The notes beneath the pieces are model-generated. The model ran no database searches. It had not been told where the DNA came from and saw only the letters and a program-made list of their open reading frames with translations. DNA of 47,475 nucleotides from Clostridia bacterium (GTDB lineage: Bacteria > Bacillota > Clostridia > Oscillospirales > CAG-272), in the NCBI GenBank assembly GCA_017503165.1, contig JAFVTO010000151.1, positions 1-47,475 on the forward strand. The letters run 5' to 3'. Every line of letters starts with the position of its first letter. Positions within the stretch are counted from its first letter, which is position 1. The translations under genes were made by a program, and so were the position numbers. Positions 17,882 through 27,162 of the stretch are shown here, one piece after another.

Positions 17882-18826
17882 TTACCGTACCTTCCCTATG
17901 ATTTCCTCGGCTTGGCTGACAACGTATCCGAAGACATCAGCTCCCCTCGGAGCGCAGTCAGGATATATCCATTTGATTTCCTTATTTCTTCCAAACCAGG
18001 TAAGCTGTCTTTTAGCATAGTTTCTGCTGAACTGCTTTATCTGCTCCACCGCGGTCTGCAGATCAGTTTTTCCGTCCAGATAGGATAATATCTCCTTGTA
18101 TCCTATCGCCTGGCTCGCGGTGCTCGCCCGAAATGCGGCAGAGTCCAACGCTCTGACCTCTTCCGTCAGACCGGATCCCATCATAATATCCACTCTGAGA
18201 TCAATGCGTCTGTAAAGTTCTTCTCTTGAGCGGTAATCCAGCCCGATCACAATGCTGTCATAGGGCGACTCCGCAGTTCTTGACAGAGCATCCCATTCGC
18301 TTTTTTTTCTGCCGGTAACGTGGAATATCTCAAGAGCGCGTATAACACGCTTAACGTTGTTTTCGTGTATTGACTCCGCGCTTTCCCGATCTATCTCCGC
18401 CAGCATACAGTGAAGCTCCGACGGGGAATAGCCGTTTTCAAGCCGCTCACGGAACTCGTCGTCCTTCCCTGCGGCAGAAAACTCGGTATTTTTCAGAACA
18501 GAGTCCAGGTACAGTCCGGTTCCGCCACAGAATATTGGAATTTTCCCCCGTGACGAAATATCCTCTACAGCCATTTTGGCGAGCCTTGCGTAGTCCGCGC
18601 AGGAAAAGCTGTCCTCTGCCGACACAACATCCACAAGATGGTGGGCTACTCCGCGTCTTTCCGTCTCGGTCACCTTGGCTGTGCCTATATCCATCCCTCG
18701 GTATATCTGCATGGAGTCGCAGGAGATTATCTCTCCCCCGTATCGGACAGCAAGCTCCACAGACAGCGCGGTCTTTCCCGACGCGGTGGGTCCTACCACC
18801 GCAATGACCTTTGTTTTTCCGTTCAT
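17882..18826 (-). CDS. miaA: tRNA dimethylallyltransferase
   Basis: Has the GPTASGKT P-loop, [16 protein letters not shown], and a typical MiaA length. Confidence 0.93.
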   Translation of the reverse strand: MNGKTKVIAVVGPTASGKTALSVELAVRYGGEIISCDSMQIYRGMDIGTAKVTETERRGVAHHLVDVVSAEDSFSCADYARLAKMAVEDISSRGKIPIFCGGTGLYLDSVLKNTEFSAAGKDDEFRERLENGYSPSELHCMLAEIDRESAESIHENNVKRVIRALEIFHVTGRKKSEWDALSRTAESPYDSIVIGLDYRSREELYRRIDLRVDIMMGSGLTEEVRALDSAAFRASTASQAIGYKEILSYLDGKTDLQTAVEQIKQFSRNYAKRQLTWFGRNKEIKWIYPDCAPRGADVFGYVVSQAEEIIGKVR

Positions 18827-19665
18827 TTATCGGCTATCTCTGCTGCCTTAAGCGTATTTGTCAGTAGCATGGCAATAGTCATGGGACCGACTCCGCCCGG
18901 AACCGGGGTAATGGCTCCTGCCACTTCCTTTACGCTCTCAAAATCAACGTCGCCGCAAAGCTTTCCGTTTTCATCTCTGTCCATACCGACGTCGATGACT
19001 GTAGCCCCCGGCTTTATGTAGTCGGCATCAATAAATTTCGCTTTACCGATAGCAACCACCAGAATATCCGCGCGCCTGCACTCAGCTTTGAGATCTGGGG
19101 TACGGGAATGGCAAACGGTCACAGTGCCGTTCTTCTGAAGCAGTAGCATAGCCTGGGGCTTACCCACAATATTGCTTCTTCCAACCACCACGCAATTCTT
19201 TCCCTCGGGTGAAATACCGTATTCCTCAAGCAGTCGCATAACTCCCGCAGGGGTACAGGGCAGAAAATCGTAATCGCCTATCATGATCTTTCCCGTATTG
19301 ACGGGATGAAAGGCATCCACGTCCTTATCGGGGCGTATGCGGTCTATGACCGCCTTTTCATTCAGATGCTTCGGCAGAGGCAGCTGACAGAGAATACCGT
19401 TTATCCTCTCGTCCGCGTTCAGTCTGTCAATGAGAGCCATCAGCTCTTCCTCGGTAGTGCTCTCGGGAAGCTCGTGTACCTCGGAATAAAACCCGACCTC
19501 CGCGCAGCCCTTCGCCTTATTCCTTACATAGACCTTGGATGCAGGATCCTCTCCCACGATAACAACGGCAAGTCCGGGCTTTTTCTCCATGCCCGCCACC
19601 TTCTCCGCGATCTCTCCCCTCACCTTGGCGGAGACCGCCTTTCCGTCTATTATTATTGCTGACAT
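18823..19665 (-). CDS. folD: Bifunctional methylenetetrahydrofolate dehydrogenase/cyclohydrolase
   Basis: Contains [20 protein letters not shown] and [10 protein letters not shown] motifs. It overlaps miaA by 4 nt. Confidence 0.94.
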   Translation of the reverse strand: MSAIIIDGKAVSAKVRGEIAEKVAGMEKKPGLAVVIVGEDPASKVYVRNKAKGCAEVGFYSEVHELPESTTEEELMALIDRLNADERINGILCQLPLPKHLNEKAVIDRIRPDKDVDAFHPVNTGKIMIGDYDFLPCTPAGVMRLLEEYGISPEGKNCVVVGRSNIVGKPQAMLLLQKNGTVTVCHSRTPDLKAECRRADILVVAIGKAKFIDADYIKPGATVIDVGMDRDENGKLCGDVDFESVKEVAGAITPVPGGVGPMTIAMLLTNTLKAAEIADK

Positions 19666-19700
19666 TTCCTTTTTCCTTTCTCTTTAAACGCTTTAAATGC

Positions 19701-20990
19701 TCATTCAACAGGCTTCAGAACGCACATCGCATATCTTTCCGGACGGAACAGCCGACGTGCGAGCATATCCACCTCTTCCTTTGTCACACGGTATATCTCC
19801 TCGGCGTAATCAAAAAGCTCCTGACCTGCCGCAAATGCGGAGAAAAACGCCTCCGCAATATCCGACGAGGATTCAAAGGACCGCACCGTTTGAGCATAAA
19901 GCACTCTTCTTGCGCGGATAAACTGCTCTTCCGATACCCCCGTCTGTGCGACTCTCTCGGCATACTCCCTAAATTTTTCAAAAACCGCCTCGGGATCGTC
20001 GCAGTCGCCGTAAATATTCAGCAGTCCTATATCCCGCTCGGTAAAGTAAGCCGCTCCGTAGCCGCCCACCGCGCCTGACTCGTAAAGCTCACTGTAAAGA
20101 TCTCCGCTCATGCCGAACAACGACTCGCACAGCAGATTTCTGACCGCCTCGTAATGGCAGGGCTCCCCTTCCGCAGACTCGCAGTCCTTAACGCCAATAC
20201 TGAACATGGGCTTTGAAACCTGCATTTCAATTATCTCTCGACTGTGATCAACCTCCGGAGACTCTTCGGGAAGTATCCGCTCTATCTCGCAGCTCGGAGC
20301 AATCTCCAGCATTTCATCCGCTATGGCTGCCACACTCTCCACATCCACGTTTCCGCAGATACAAAGAGCCATATTCCGAAGATTGTAGAAGGTATTGTAG
20401 CAGTTGTAAAGCAATTCGGGAGTTATTTCGGCTATTGATTCCACCGTCCCGGTTATCGGAATTCTCACGGGATGCGCCTTATATACCGCGCGCATCAGAC
20501 CGTAATGCAAGGCATCCCAAGGTCTGTCCTCGCACATTCTTATTTCCTCTCCGATTATCCCCTGCTCCTTCTTCACGGTCTGCTCCGTAAAGAATGGTGA
20601 TGTAACCATTCTGAGCAAGGTGCGAAGATTTGTCTCAAAATCGCTGGTGCAGGAAAAAAGGTACGCGGTACGGTCAATAGAGGTATAGGCGTTTGCCTCG
20701 GCACCGGTCTCGGCGTAAAGCTCAAATGCATCTCTGCCGTCCTCCATCTCGAACATTTTGTGCTCAAGAAAATGGGCTATACCCTCAGGAACCTCCACCG
20801 GTCGCTCCTCGCCCTTTATCCGAAAGCAGTTATCGAGAGAGCCGTATCTCGTTCCGAACACGGCGTATGTGGCGGAAAAATCCTTCTTGACCACGTATAT
20901 ATCAAGTCCGCTTTTGTGGCGGATAAGCGTGTACTCCTCGCCGAGGAGCCGACTTTTTTTCGTTTCTGTCAGATTGTTTGCCTGTATCAT
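19701..20990 (-). CDS. M16 (pitrilysin/insulinase) family zinc peptidase, catalytic-type subunit
   Basis: Carries the HFLEH inverted zincin motif (HxxEH). 429 aa. It pairs with the upstream M16 gene, like B. subtilis ymfF/ymfH. Confidence 0.88.
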   Translation of the reverse strand: MIQANNLTETKKSRLLGEEYTLIRHKSGLDIYVVKKDFSATYAVFGTRYGSLDNCFRIKGEERPVEVPEGIAHFLEHKMFEMEDGRDAFELYAETGAEANAYTSIDRTAYLFSCTSDFETNLRTLLRMVTSPFFTEQTVKKEQGIIGEEIRMCEDRPWDALHYGLMRAVYKAHPVRIPITGTVESIAEITPELLYNCYNTFYNLRNMALCICGNVDVESVAAIADEMLEIAPSCEIERILPEESPEVDHSREIIEMQVSKPMFSIGVKDCESAEGEPCHYEAVRNLLCESLFGMSGDLYSELYESGAVGGYGAAYFTERDIGLLNIYGDCDDPEAVFEKFREYAERVAQTGVSEEQFIRARRVLYAQTVRSFESSSDIAEAFFSAFAAGQELFDYAEEIYRVTKEEVDMLARRLFRPERYAMCVLKPVE

Positions 20991-21101
20991 TATTCACTCA
21001 CCTAAAAAATCCATGCTCCGCCGTTTCACGGAGCCATATACGCATTCACACAGTCCAAGCATTACCCGTGGCACGGTCCGAACCACACCGCGGACTGCTC
21101 A

Positions 21102-22382
21102 TTATTCGTCAGTTCCCCGCAGGAAGTATGCCATGCAAAGACGGGCGCGTGAGGCGAATTCCGCCACCTGCTCCGCGCTTACTCTTCCCACCCCGTCCAT
21201 CAGTGCATCTATATCGGAGGGTGCGCCCTGCACTATTCTGCGAAGATACCATTCTCCTAAAGAAGAGGGGGTATCCTTCAGGGTTTTGATCGAGCTGACA
21301 ATAGCCGACCTTGCCCGATCCAGCTCCGTATCCGAAACATCGCCCGATGCCATACCGTTGAGCTGACGGCTTATCTCAGCTCTCGCCTTTTCCACGTTCT
21401 TTTCGGAAATACCGCTCATCACTGTCATAATACCGAGCGAAAAATCCATGCTTGCGCTACAGTAATAGCAAAGATTCAGCTTTTCCCGAACGTTTGCGAA
21501 AAGCCTGCTGACCGGAGAAGCACTGAATATTTCGATAAATGCGTTGGCTACCGGGCTTTCCTCTCCGGTATACGGAAGAGAATATCCAAGCACCATTCTT
21601 CCCTGCCGCGTCTTCGCCTCTTCAACGATCTCACCGACTCCGTCAGACGCAGGCTTGAAGCTGTCGGTCTCAGGCATCGGCGCATCGACGCGGTTCTCGG
21701 GAAGTATCTTCCGAAGAACATCAAGCAGCTTACCCTCGGTATCCGGGGAAAATTCGCCTACATACAAAGCCTCTGCATGGGCGTTGACGAGGATGCTGCG
21801 GAACCTTTCGTAAAGCTGCGCTCCCGTCACGCAGGATACCGTTTCAATATCACCGTTCGGAGAAATAGCCGCGGGATGTTCACCGAGAAGATGCATTCGC
21901 CCTCTGCGCATAGCATATCTGTCTTTATTATTTATCTCCCCTTCGATCCGATCGATAAGCAGCTTTCTTTCCGACTCGACATACTCCGAAAGAAATGCCC
22001 CGTCGCGCACAAGCGGTCTGCAAAAGAACTCCTGTGCAAAATCAAGTGCACTGTCAAGAATATCTGCCTTCTCCGCCTGAGGAACAAATCTGTCCCCGAG
22101 GAAATCCATACGGAAACTGAAGGTCTGCACACTGCCGATAGCCGATACCGCCAGACTGAATGTCAGGTTATACAGCATATCTGTATATCTGTTCAACTCT
22201 CCGATAGAGGGATGGGGCTCAGTGCCGCGGAGCATAACGCGGGAAAGCAAGGAGAGCTCCCCTGCCGACTGCTTTTCCAGCGGCAGATAAAAGTTCAAGG
22301 CGAAATAGTTGCTTTTGAATTTATCCGTTGGGATTACGGACAACTGCGCCCCCGGCGCCGCCGTAATTCTGTTTACTGTCAT
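21102..22382 (-). CDS. M16-family peptidase-like protein, non-catalytic partner (no HxxEH)
   Basis: The length and overall pattern match the M16 fold, but no HxxEH motif is visible. It lies directly upstream of the HxxEH-bearing paralog. Confidence 0.75.
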   Translation of the reverse strand: MTVNRITAAPGAQLSVIPTDKFKSNYFALNFYLPLEKQSAGELSLLSRVMLRGTEPHPSIGELNRYTDMLYNLTFSLAVSAIGSVQTFSFRMDFLGDRFVPQAEKADILDSALDFAQEFFCRPLVRDGAFLSEYVESERKLLIDRIEGEINNKDRYAMRRGRMHLLGEHPAAISPNGDIETVSCVTGAQLYERFRSILVNAHAEALYVGEFSPDTEGKLLDVLRKILPENRVDAPMPETDSFKPASDGVGEIVEEAKTRQGRMVLGYSLPYTGEESPVANAFIEIFSASPVSRLFANVREKLNLCYYCSASMDFSLGIMTVMSGISEKNVEKARAEISRQLNGMASGDVSDTELDRARSAIVSSIKTLKDTPSSLGEWYLRRIVQGAPSDIDALMDGVGRVSAEQVAEFASRARLCMAYFLRGTDE

Positions 22383-22480
22383 GAAAAATGTCCTTTCGAT
22401 CCGTCAAAGATCAACGCAATGGCCGTCCATCATACAGAACCAAAGCCAAGGGGCTAAGCACTCTGCATTGCTATTTATTT

Positions 22481-22508
22481 ATTATAACATAAATAAAATT
22501 TTTTTCAA
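22481..22508 (-). promoter_or_regulatory. SigA-type promoter for the M16 pair
   Basis: On the minus strand: TTGAAA, a 16-nt spacer, and TGtTATAAT (extended -10). It sits in an AT-rich intergenic region about 100 nt upstream of the 22382 start. Confidence 0.55.
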
Positions 22509-22638
22509 TACCTTTTCAAAATTTTTTATTCTTCTTTTATTCTTCGGACACAAATTCGACCGATTTCGCGTGATCATACTCTATATCTCCCCCTGTCATG
22601 GCTCTGCGCCTATTCCCTACGGTCATGAAAGCTCCGAA

Positions 22639-24174
22639 CTAAAAGGTAAGCTCCTTGTAATCCAAGCCGCGAAGCATGAGGGCATCTGTCGGCTCCGGAA
22701 GCATACCGATCACACAGCGGCATGCGGTTATTTCCGGAACGCTTCCCGCCATCCTTGAAAAAGTCTTTCCTTCAAACTCAGCGCACAGAGCCAGCAAAAG
22801 AGCATTCCCCGAAAAGAAGGTGCCGTCGGCAGCCGAGAGCCCTGTTTTTCCAAAGCCCCGACACACCAACAGACGGCGCAGTCGTATCTTTCGCTCATCG
22901 CTGTCCGACAGCAGGTAAAGAAAGCAGTCTGACAGTCTTCTCAACGCGGCAAAACCCCGAAAAACCTCTCGCATCAAGGTATCCTCACAGCGAAATGCCA
23001 GCATTTCGGAGGGAGAAAACGGACTGCGTAGCACGCGCCTTCCGAACTCATATTCACGGCGTATATATTCAGCCATTTCTCCAAGCTTCACCGAAATACG
23101 GCAGAATTCCGAGTCGTAGATCTCCATACCGTCCGCAAACGAAGCCCCGATCAGCAAAGCAATGCGGACAAACCCGGGGTTTTCAGACCGTTCCTCCGGG
23201 CAGGCGCTTTCCAACGCTGAAATACATTCCGTCATAATTTTTTCGAGATTTACCGCGTCTATCCGCCCAAGACAGTAAAGGGAAATCCCGCCGATCAGCT
23301 TCCATGAAGTCACATCTGCCATAGTCTCTCCCTCTGCCGTATACTGCTTTACTTCTTTGCAGAGCAACGTCCCCCTCTCCGTTCTACCGCGCAAGCTTTC
23401 AGCCGTAAAGCATTTCAGGAAAGCTTCGGCGGCGCATTGCTCAGCTATCCTGTCGTTCACTCGCCCGACAGACCTTGATCGCTTGGCTGGCGCTCGCCGC
23501 GAGTTACCCAAATAGATACGGTATATTTCAGCCTTTGCCGACAGGGGACTTACTAAAGGCAACCAACCGCACACGCGGCAATTCCTTGAGAAATCTCCGT
23601 ACACCTGTCCCCTGTACGCCCATCTTGCCGCCATTGCCGGGGAATGTCCGACGGTAACCGAAACCGCGTCCCCCAACGCGCCGGAGGACGTGACAGTTCC
23701 CGGAAGCATCCTGAGCACCGCTATACTTTCCGTTCCGCAAACGAACATCCGATCACTATGCTCTACACGGTCGCCTGTACTCAGGCGCAGAGAAAAGCCC
23801 TCATCTCTTCCTCCCGCCAGCATCCGAAGAGCACCCGGCAGCCCGTTCTCACATCTGAACACCCGATCCTTTCCATACCTTCTACCGCGCAAAAAGCAAA
23901 AAAATCCGCATTCCGGGTAGCTGCTGCGAAGCTCATCAAATCGCATACGCACCCTATCCTCTATCTCTCTGTCCCCGAAGGTCCTGAAAAGAGAAGCAGG
24001 CGCGTGATCCAGCATCACCCCCCAAAGATAGCTCTCACGTCTTTCTGATAGCATAAGGGAAACAAGCATATCAAATGCTCTGTCCACCTCACTCACTCCG
24101 TCACAAACCGCGTAAATTGCCGCGCGATAACGCCTTATAGCCCCTTCAGCACGGATATTTTCCGCCACATCCAT
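22639..24174 (-). CDS. Hypothetical protein of 511 aa, Arg/Cys-rich and apparently soluble; no family recognised
   Basis: A long ORF with a GAGGGGG RBS 7 nt upstream of the ATG. It appears to be its own transcription unit, with a terminator upstream and an AT-rich promoter region downstream. Confidence 0.65.
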   Translation of the reverse strand: MDVAENIRAEGAIRRYRAAIYAVCDGVSEVDRAFDMLVSLMLSERRESYLWGVMLDHAPASLFRTFGDREIEDRVRMRFDELRSSYPECGFFCFLRGRRYGKDRVFRCENGLPGALRMLAGGRDEGFSLRLSTGDRVEHSDRMFVCGTESIAVLRMLPGTVTSSGALGDAVSVTVGHSPAMAARWAYRGQVYGDFSRNCRVCGWLPLVSPLSAKAEIYRIYLGNSRRAPAKRSRSVGRVNDRIAEQCAAEAFLKCFTAESLRGRTERGTLLCKEVKQYTAEGETMADVTSWKLIGGISLYCLGRIDAVNLEKIMTECISALESACPEERSENPGFVRIALLIGASFADGMEIYDSEFCRISVKLGEMAEYIRREYEFGRRVLRSPFSPSEMLAFRCEDTLMREVFRGFAALRRLSDCFLYLLSDSDERKIRLRRLLVCRGFGKTGLSAADGTFFSGNALLLALCAEFEGKTFSRMAGSVPEITACRCVIGMLPEPTDALMLRGLDYKELTF

Positions 24175-24317
24175 CTTCGCGCCCCCTCAAATATATTCCG
24201 TAATATTATTCCTCGTATGGCGCAAAGTATTCTTTAGTTGCTTAACTTAGCAATAGCCGCAGCATACCTTTGCTTCCTCCCTCCGAAAAGCAGTCCTACA
24301 GGGGAACAGCAAAACCA

Positions 24318-24361
24318 AAAGGCCGTGCGAACCGCTCTCTCAAGCCTGGCGCACAGCCTTT
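24318..24361 (-). terminator. Intrinsic terminator after the membrane-protein gene
   Basis: AAAGGCCGTGCG (24318-24329) pairs with CGCACAGCCTTT (24350-24361), giving 12 bp with one G-U. On the minus strand it is followed by TGGTTTTGCTG. Confidence 0.5.
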
Positions 24362-24409
24362 TACACGTTACTGGATCATCGCTTTACGAAAGTCTCCGCG
24401 AAGCCGGGC

Positions 24410-25444
24410 TCATTCTTCCCCCTCATCGCTCTTTCCCACTGTTTTCAAGCCCTTTTTCTTACCTGGCAAAAACTGAGACTCGTAATCCTCGTCCTCCTCC
24501 CGCTCTCTGCGTTTGATAAACAGCACGACGCATACAGCTATCATAGCAACCAAATAGACCGCGAGATAAACGATCACGGCAGTAAAAGCATTTTGGCGGA
24601 ACATACGGAAATAATCCATCCCGATTATCCATATTCCCATATAACCCGCGGTAAGAATAAGGAAATTACATACTGCCTTAACTATGCTGTTATTTTTCAT
24701 TTTCAGCACAGCATATCCAAGCATGTATACCACGCCGGAAAGCAGGTATCTTGCATAATTCTGCAACGTAGGCGCAAGAGGGGTAGCAACCACAACATAG
24801 GTGGTGCGGATAACGTCGTTTTCGATCCATTCCTCCTCAATGATCTCCTTGACTATAACGTTCACCTGGGAGATGAGATTAAAGAAGGATATGGCAAACA
24901 CAAGCAACGTAAATATGGCAAACACGGGTAAAAGAAAGCTTTTAAGTCCTACCGACAGTTTACTTTCAAGAATACCGGTTCGCTTTATCAGAATGTTTAT
25001 GCCGAGAAAAACAAAGTACAAAACAGCCACCGCCACAGTAGCAAGCATTGCGGCAGGCACGCCCGCATCGGAAAGGTATCCCGGAAGAGCCAGCACAAAC
25101 ACAAAGAAAGCAATGAGTGTCAGCAAAAAGTGAGCAAGCCTCAACATCAGCGGACCGTAATCCAGTTTAAAAAGCTGCCCCAGCCATGTAAGCGTTACAC
25201 AGAACATAAGTATTCCCAGCATGGTTTGCACCGGAAGGGCATCCGGCGCCGGGGTATCGAAATCCTTATCAGTCACCCCGGTCTGGTTATCGTATTCCGT
25301 AACCCGCTCAGCTTCGCTTTCGGTAACGTTTATCCCCAGGCTTAACGCAACCAGGAAAAAAATAAAAACTATCACACAGAAGATCGCGCAAGCGGGATAA
25401 AGAACATCATTCTTAAAATTGAATTCTTTTTTAGTATCCGTCAT
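24410..25444 (-). CDS. Polytopic membrane protein (about 8 TM) with an acidic C-terminal tail; unknown family
   Basis: Hydrophobic segments run throughout. The C-terminus is KRREREEDEDYESQ...DEGEE. I recognised no family motif. Confidence 0.7.
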   Translation of the reverse strand: MTDTKKEFNFKNDVLYPACAIFCVIVFIFFLVALSLGINVTESEAERVTEYDNQTGVTDKDFDTPAPDALPVQTMLGILMFCVTLTWLGQLFKLDYGPLMLRLAHFLLTLIAFFVFVLALPGYLSDAGVPAAMLATVAVAVLYFVFLGINILIKRTGILESKLSVGLKSFLLPVFAIFTLLVFAISFFNLISQVNVIVKEIIEEEWIENDVIRTTYVVVATPLAPTLQNYARYLLSGVVYMLGYAVLKMKNNSIVKAVCNFLILTAGYMGIWIIGMDYFRMFRQNAFTAVIVYLAVYLVAMIAVCVVLFIKRREREEDEDYESQFLPGKKKGLKTVGKSDEGEE

Positions 25445-25631
25445 CTCACTAATTCCGTTTCAGTTATGATAAGTGTAAGTATATCACAAAAAACTTCTGT
25501 ATATGTTAAATTTCTTTATCGTAACAAAAAACATTTTTAAAGTGAGACATTCTCTTTTGGTGCTGCGCAGTATTTTCGGCTCACACGCGCGCAACAGACT
25601 TTAAATAATTATAAATATTATTGCATATATA

Positions 25632-25660
25632 TTGACTTTTCGGGGAGTCCAATGTATAAT
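25632..25660 (+). promoter_or_regulatory. SigA-type promoter for the nusB operon
   Basis: TTGACT at 25632-25637, a 17-nt spacer, and TATAAT at 25655-25660. Confidence 0.6.
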
Positions 25661-25748
25661 AATATAATCCGGGGTCGGGAGAACCGACAAAGACGCGGAA
25701 GCATGCGCGTATCCCGATGGCAAAAGAAAGGTACGGTCTAACGTCAAT

Positions 25749-26222
25749 ATGAGAAGATCCGAAGCGCGAGAATACGCATTCAAGCTGATATACGAGGCAG
25801 ACATACAAAAGGACAAGCCGCTTTCCGACCTTATCGCAGATACCGCAGAGGGGCAGGAATTCAAAGCGGACAGCTATATGTGCAAAACGCTCAGCGGAGT
25901 CACAGAGCACCGCGAGGAGATAGACGTCATTATATCAGAAAACGCCCACGGCTGGAAGCTTTCCCGTATTTCAAAGACCTCGGGAGCAATTCTGAGGCTG
26001 GCGATCTACGAAATGCTGTACGGAGACATTCCGTTCAGCGTATCCATCAACGAGGCAGTGGAGCTTGCCAAAAAATATGACCATGAGAAATCTCCTAAAT
26101 TTATAAACGGAATACTGAACGCCGTTGCGGAAAGCAAGGGCTTGAAAAAGACAGACAAGCCCCATGGAAGCGGGCAGACAAAGGCGCCTGAGGGCGATAC
26201 CGCAGACAGCAAAAATGACTGA
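25749..26222 (+). CDS. nusB: Transcription antitermination factor NusB
   Basis: The MRRSEAREYAFKLIYE start and the AILRLAIYEMLY and INEAVELAKKY motifs are present. Confidence 0.92.
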   Translation: MRRSEAREYAFKLIYEADIQKDKPLSDLIADTAEGQEFKADSYMCKTLSGVTEHREEIDVIISENAHGWKLSRISKTSGAILRLAIYEMLYGDIPFSVSINEAVELAKKYDHEKSPKFINGILNAVAESKGLKKTDKPHGSGQTKAPEGDTADSKND

Positions 26223-27162
26223 TAAATTCTATCTTGGAATAGACACCTCAAACTACCGCACCTCGGTTGCGGTATGCAACGGAGACGGAGAGGTGGTTGC
26301 CTCAATAAGAAGGCTTCTGAAGGTGGGCGAGGGCGAGCGGGGGCTAAGGCAGAGCGACGCGCTGTTTCAGCACACCGTATCCCTTCCGGGGATCATGGAG
26401 GAGCTGGGAGCATACCCGTTAGCAGCCGTCGGATATTCCGCCTATCCCAGAGATATCGAGGGCTCATATATGCCCTGCTTTCTTGCAGGGGCGGCTGCGG
26501 CAAGGAGCATCGCCGCGGCAAACGGCATTCCCTGCCACCGCTTTTCACACCAGGCGGGACACATACGGGCAGCAGCGTACTCCTGCGGCGGTGTCAGCGA
26601 CAGTCCGTCGCGGTATTTGGCATTTCACGTAAGCGGCGGAACCACCGAGCTTCTGCTGTACGAGAACGGCAAAATAACACTGCTCGGAGCAACGCGGGAC
26701 ATAAACGCGGGACAGCTCATCGACCGTGTAGGTGTGGCGATGGGCATGCGCTTTCCCTGCGGCGAGGAGCTTGAAGCTCTGACCGATGGGATGCCTCGGA
26801 CCAAGGGCATAAGAGTATGTGTAAACGGCTTCGACTGCAATCTGTCAGGAATAGAAAATCAAGCCACGGCAAGGCTTAAGGGCGGCATCAGCCGAGAGGA
26901 AGTGGCGGCATTCACTCTGGATGCAGTGCTTAAGACTATTGAGAGAATGAGTGAAAACGCCATTCTTGCATATCCCGACCTGCCGATACTGTATGCAGGT
27001 GGAGTTATGAGCTGCTCTCGCATTAAAGCGGAGCTGTCGAGAAAATTCAAATGCTACTTCGCCACGCCGGAGTATTCGGGTGACAACGCCACAGGAACGG
27101 CGCTTCTCACATTGGATAAGGAGCTTGGCGCAAGGGCGCAGAAAAGCACGGATAAATTATGA
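26215..27162 (+). CDS. Kae1/TsaD-like (peptidase M22 / ASKHA-fold) protein, a divergent paralog
   Basis: The probable start MTDKFYLGIDTSNYRTSVAV is ASKHA phosphate-1-like. Also present are HQAGH (cf. TsaD HxxxH), VSGGTTELL, and AGGVMSCSRIKAEL (cf. GGVAAN). It overlaps nusB by 8 nt and xseA by 4 nt. Confidence 0.75.
   Translation: MTDKFYLGIDTSNYRTSVAVCNGDGEVVASIRRLLKVGEGERGLRQSDALFQHTVSLPGIMEELGAYPLAAVGYSAYPRDIEGSYMPCFLAGAAAARSIAAANGIPCHRFSHQAGHIRAAAYSCGGVSDSPSRYLAFHVSGGTTELLLYENGKITLLGATRDINAGQLIDRVGVAMGMRFPCGEELEALTDGMPRTKGIRVCVNGFDCNLSGIENQATARLKGGISREEVAAFTLDAVLKTIERMSENAILAYPDLPILYAGGVMSCSRIKAELSRKFKCYFATPEYSGDNATGTALLTLDKELGARAQKSTDKL

Noticed and set aside
25445-25748. Gene orientation switches here, with minus-strand genes to the left and plus-strand genes to the right. 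I considered it as a replication origin.
   Set aside because: There is no dnaA or dnaN nearby and no cluster of DnaA boxes. Orientation flips again several times after 35.9 kb. The region is explained by divergent promoters for the membrane-protein gene and the nusB operon.
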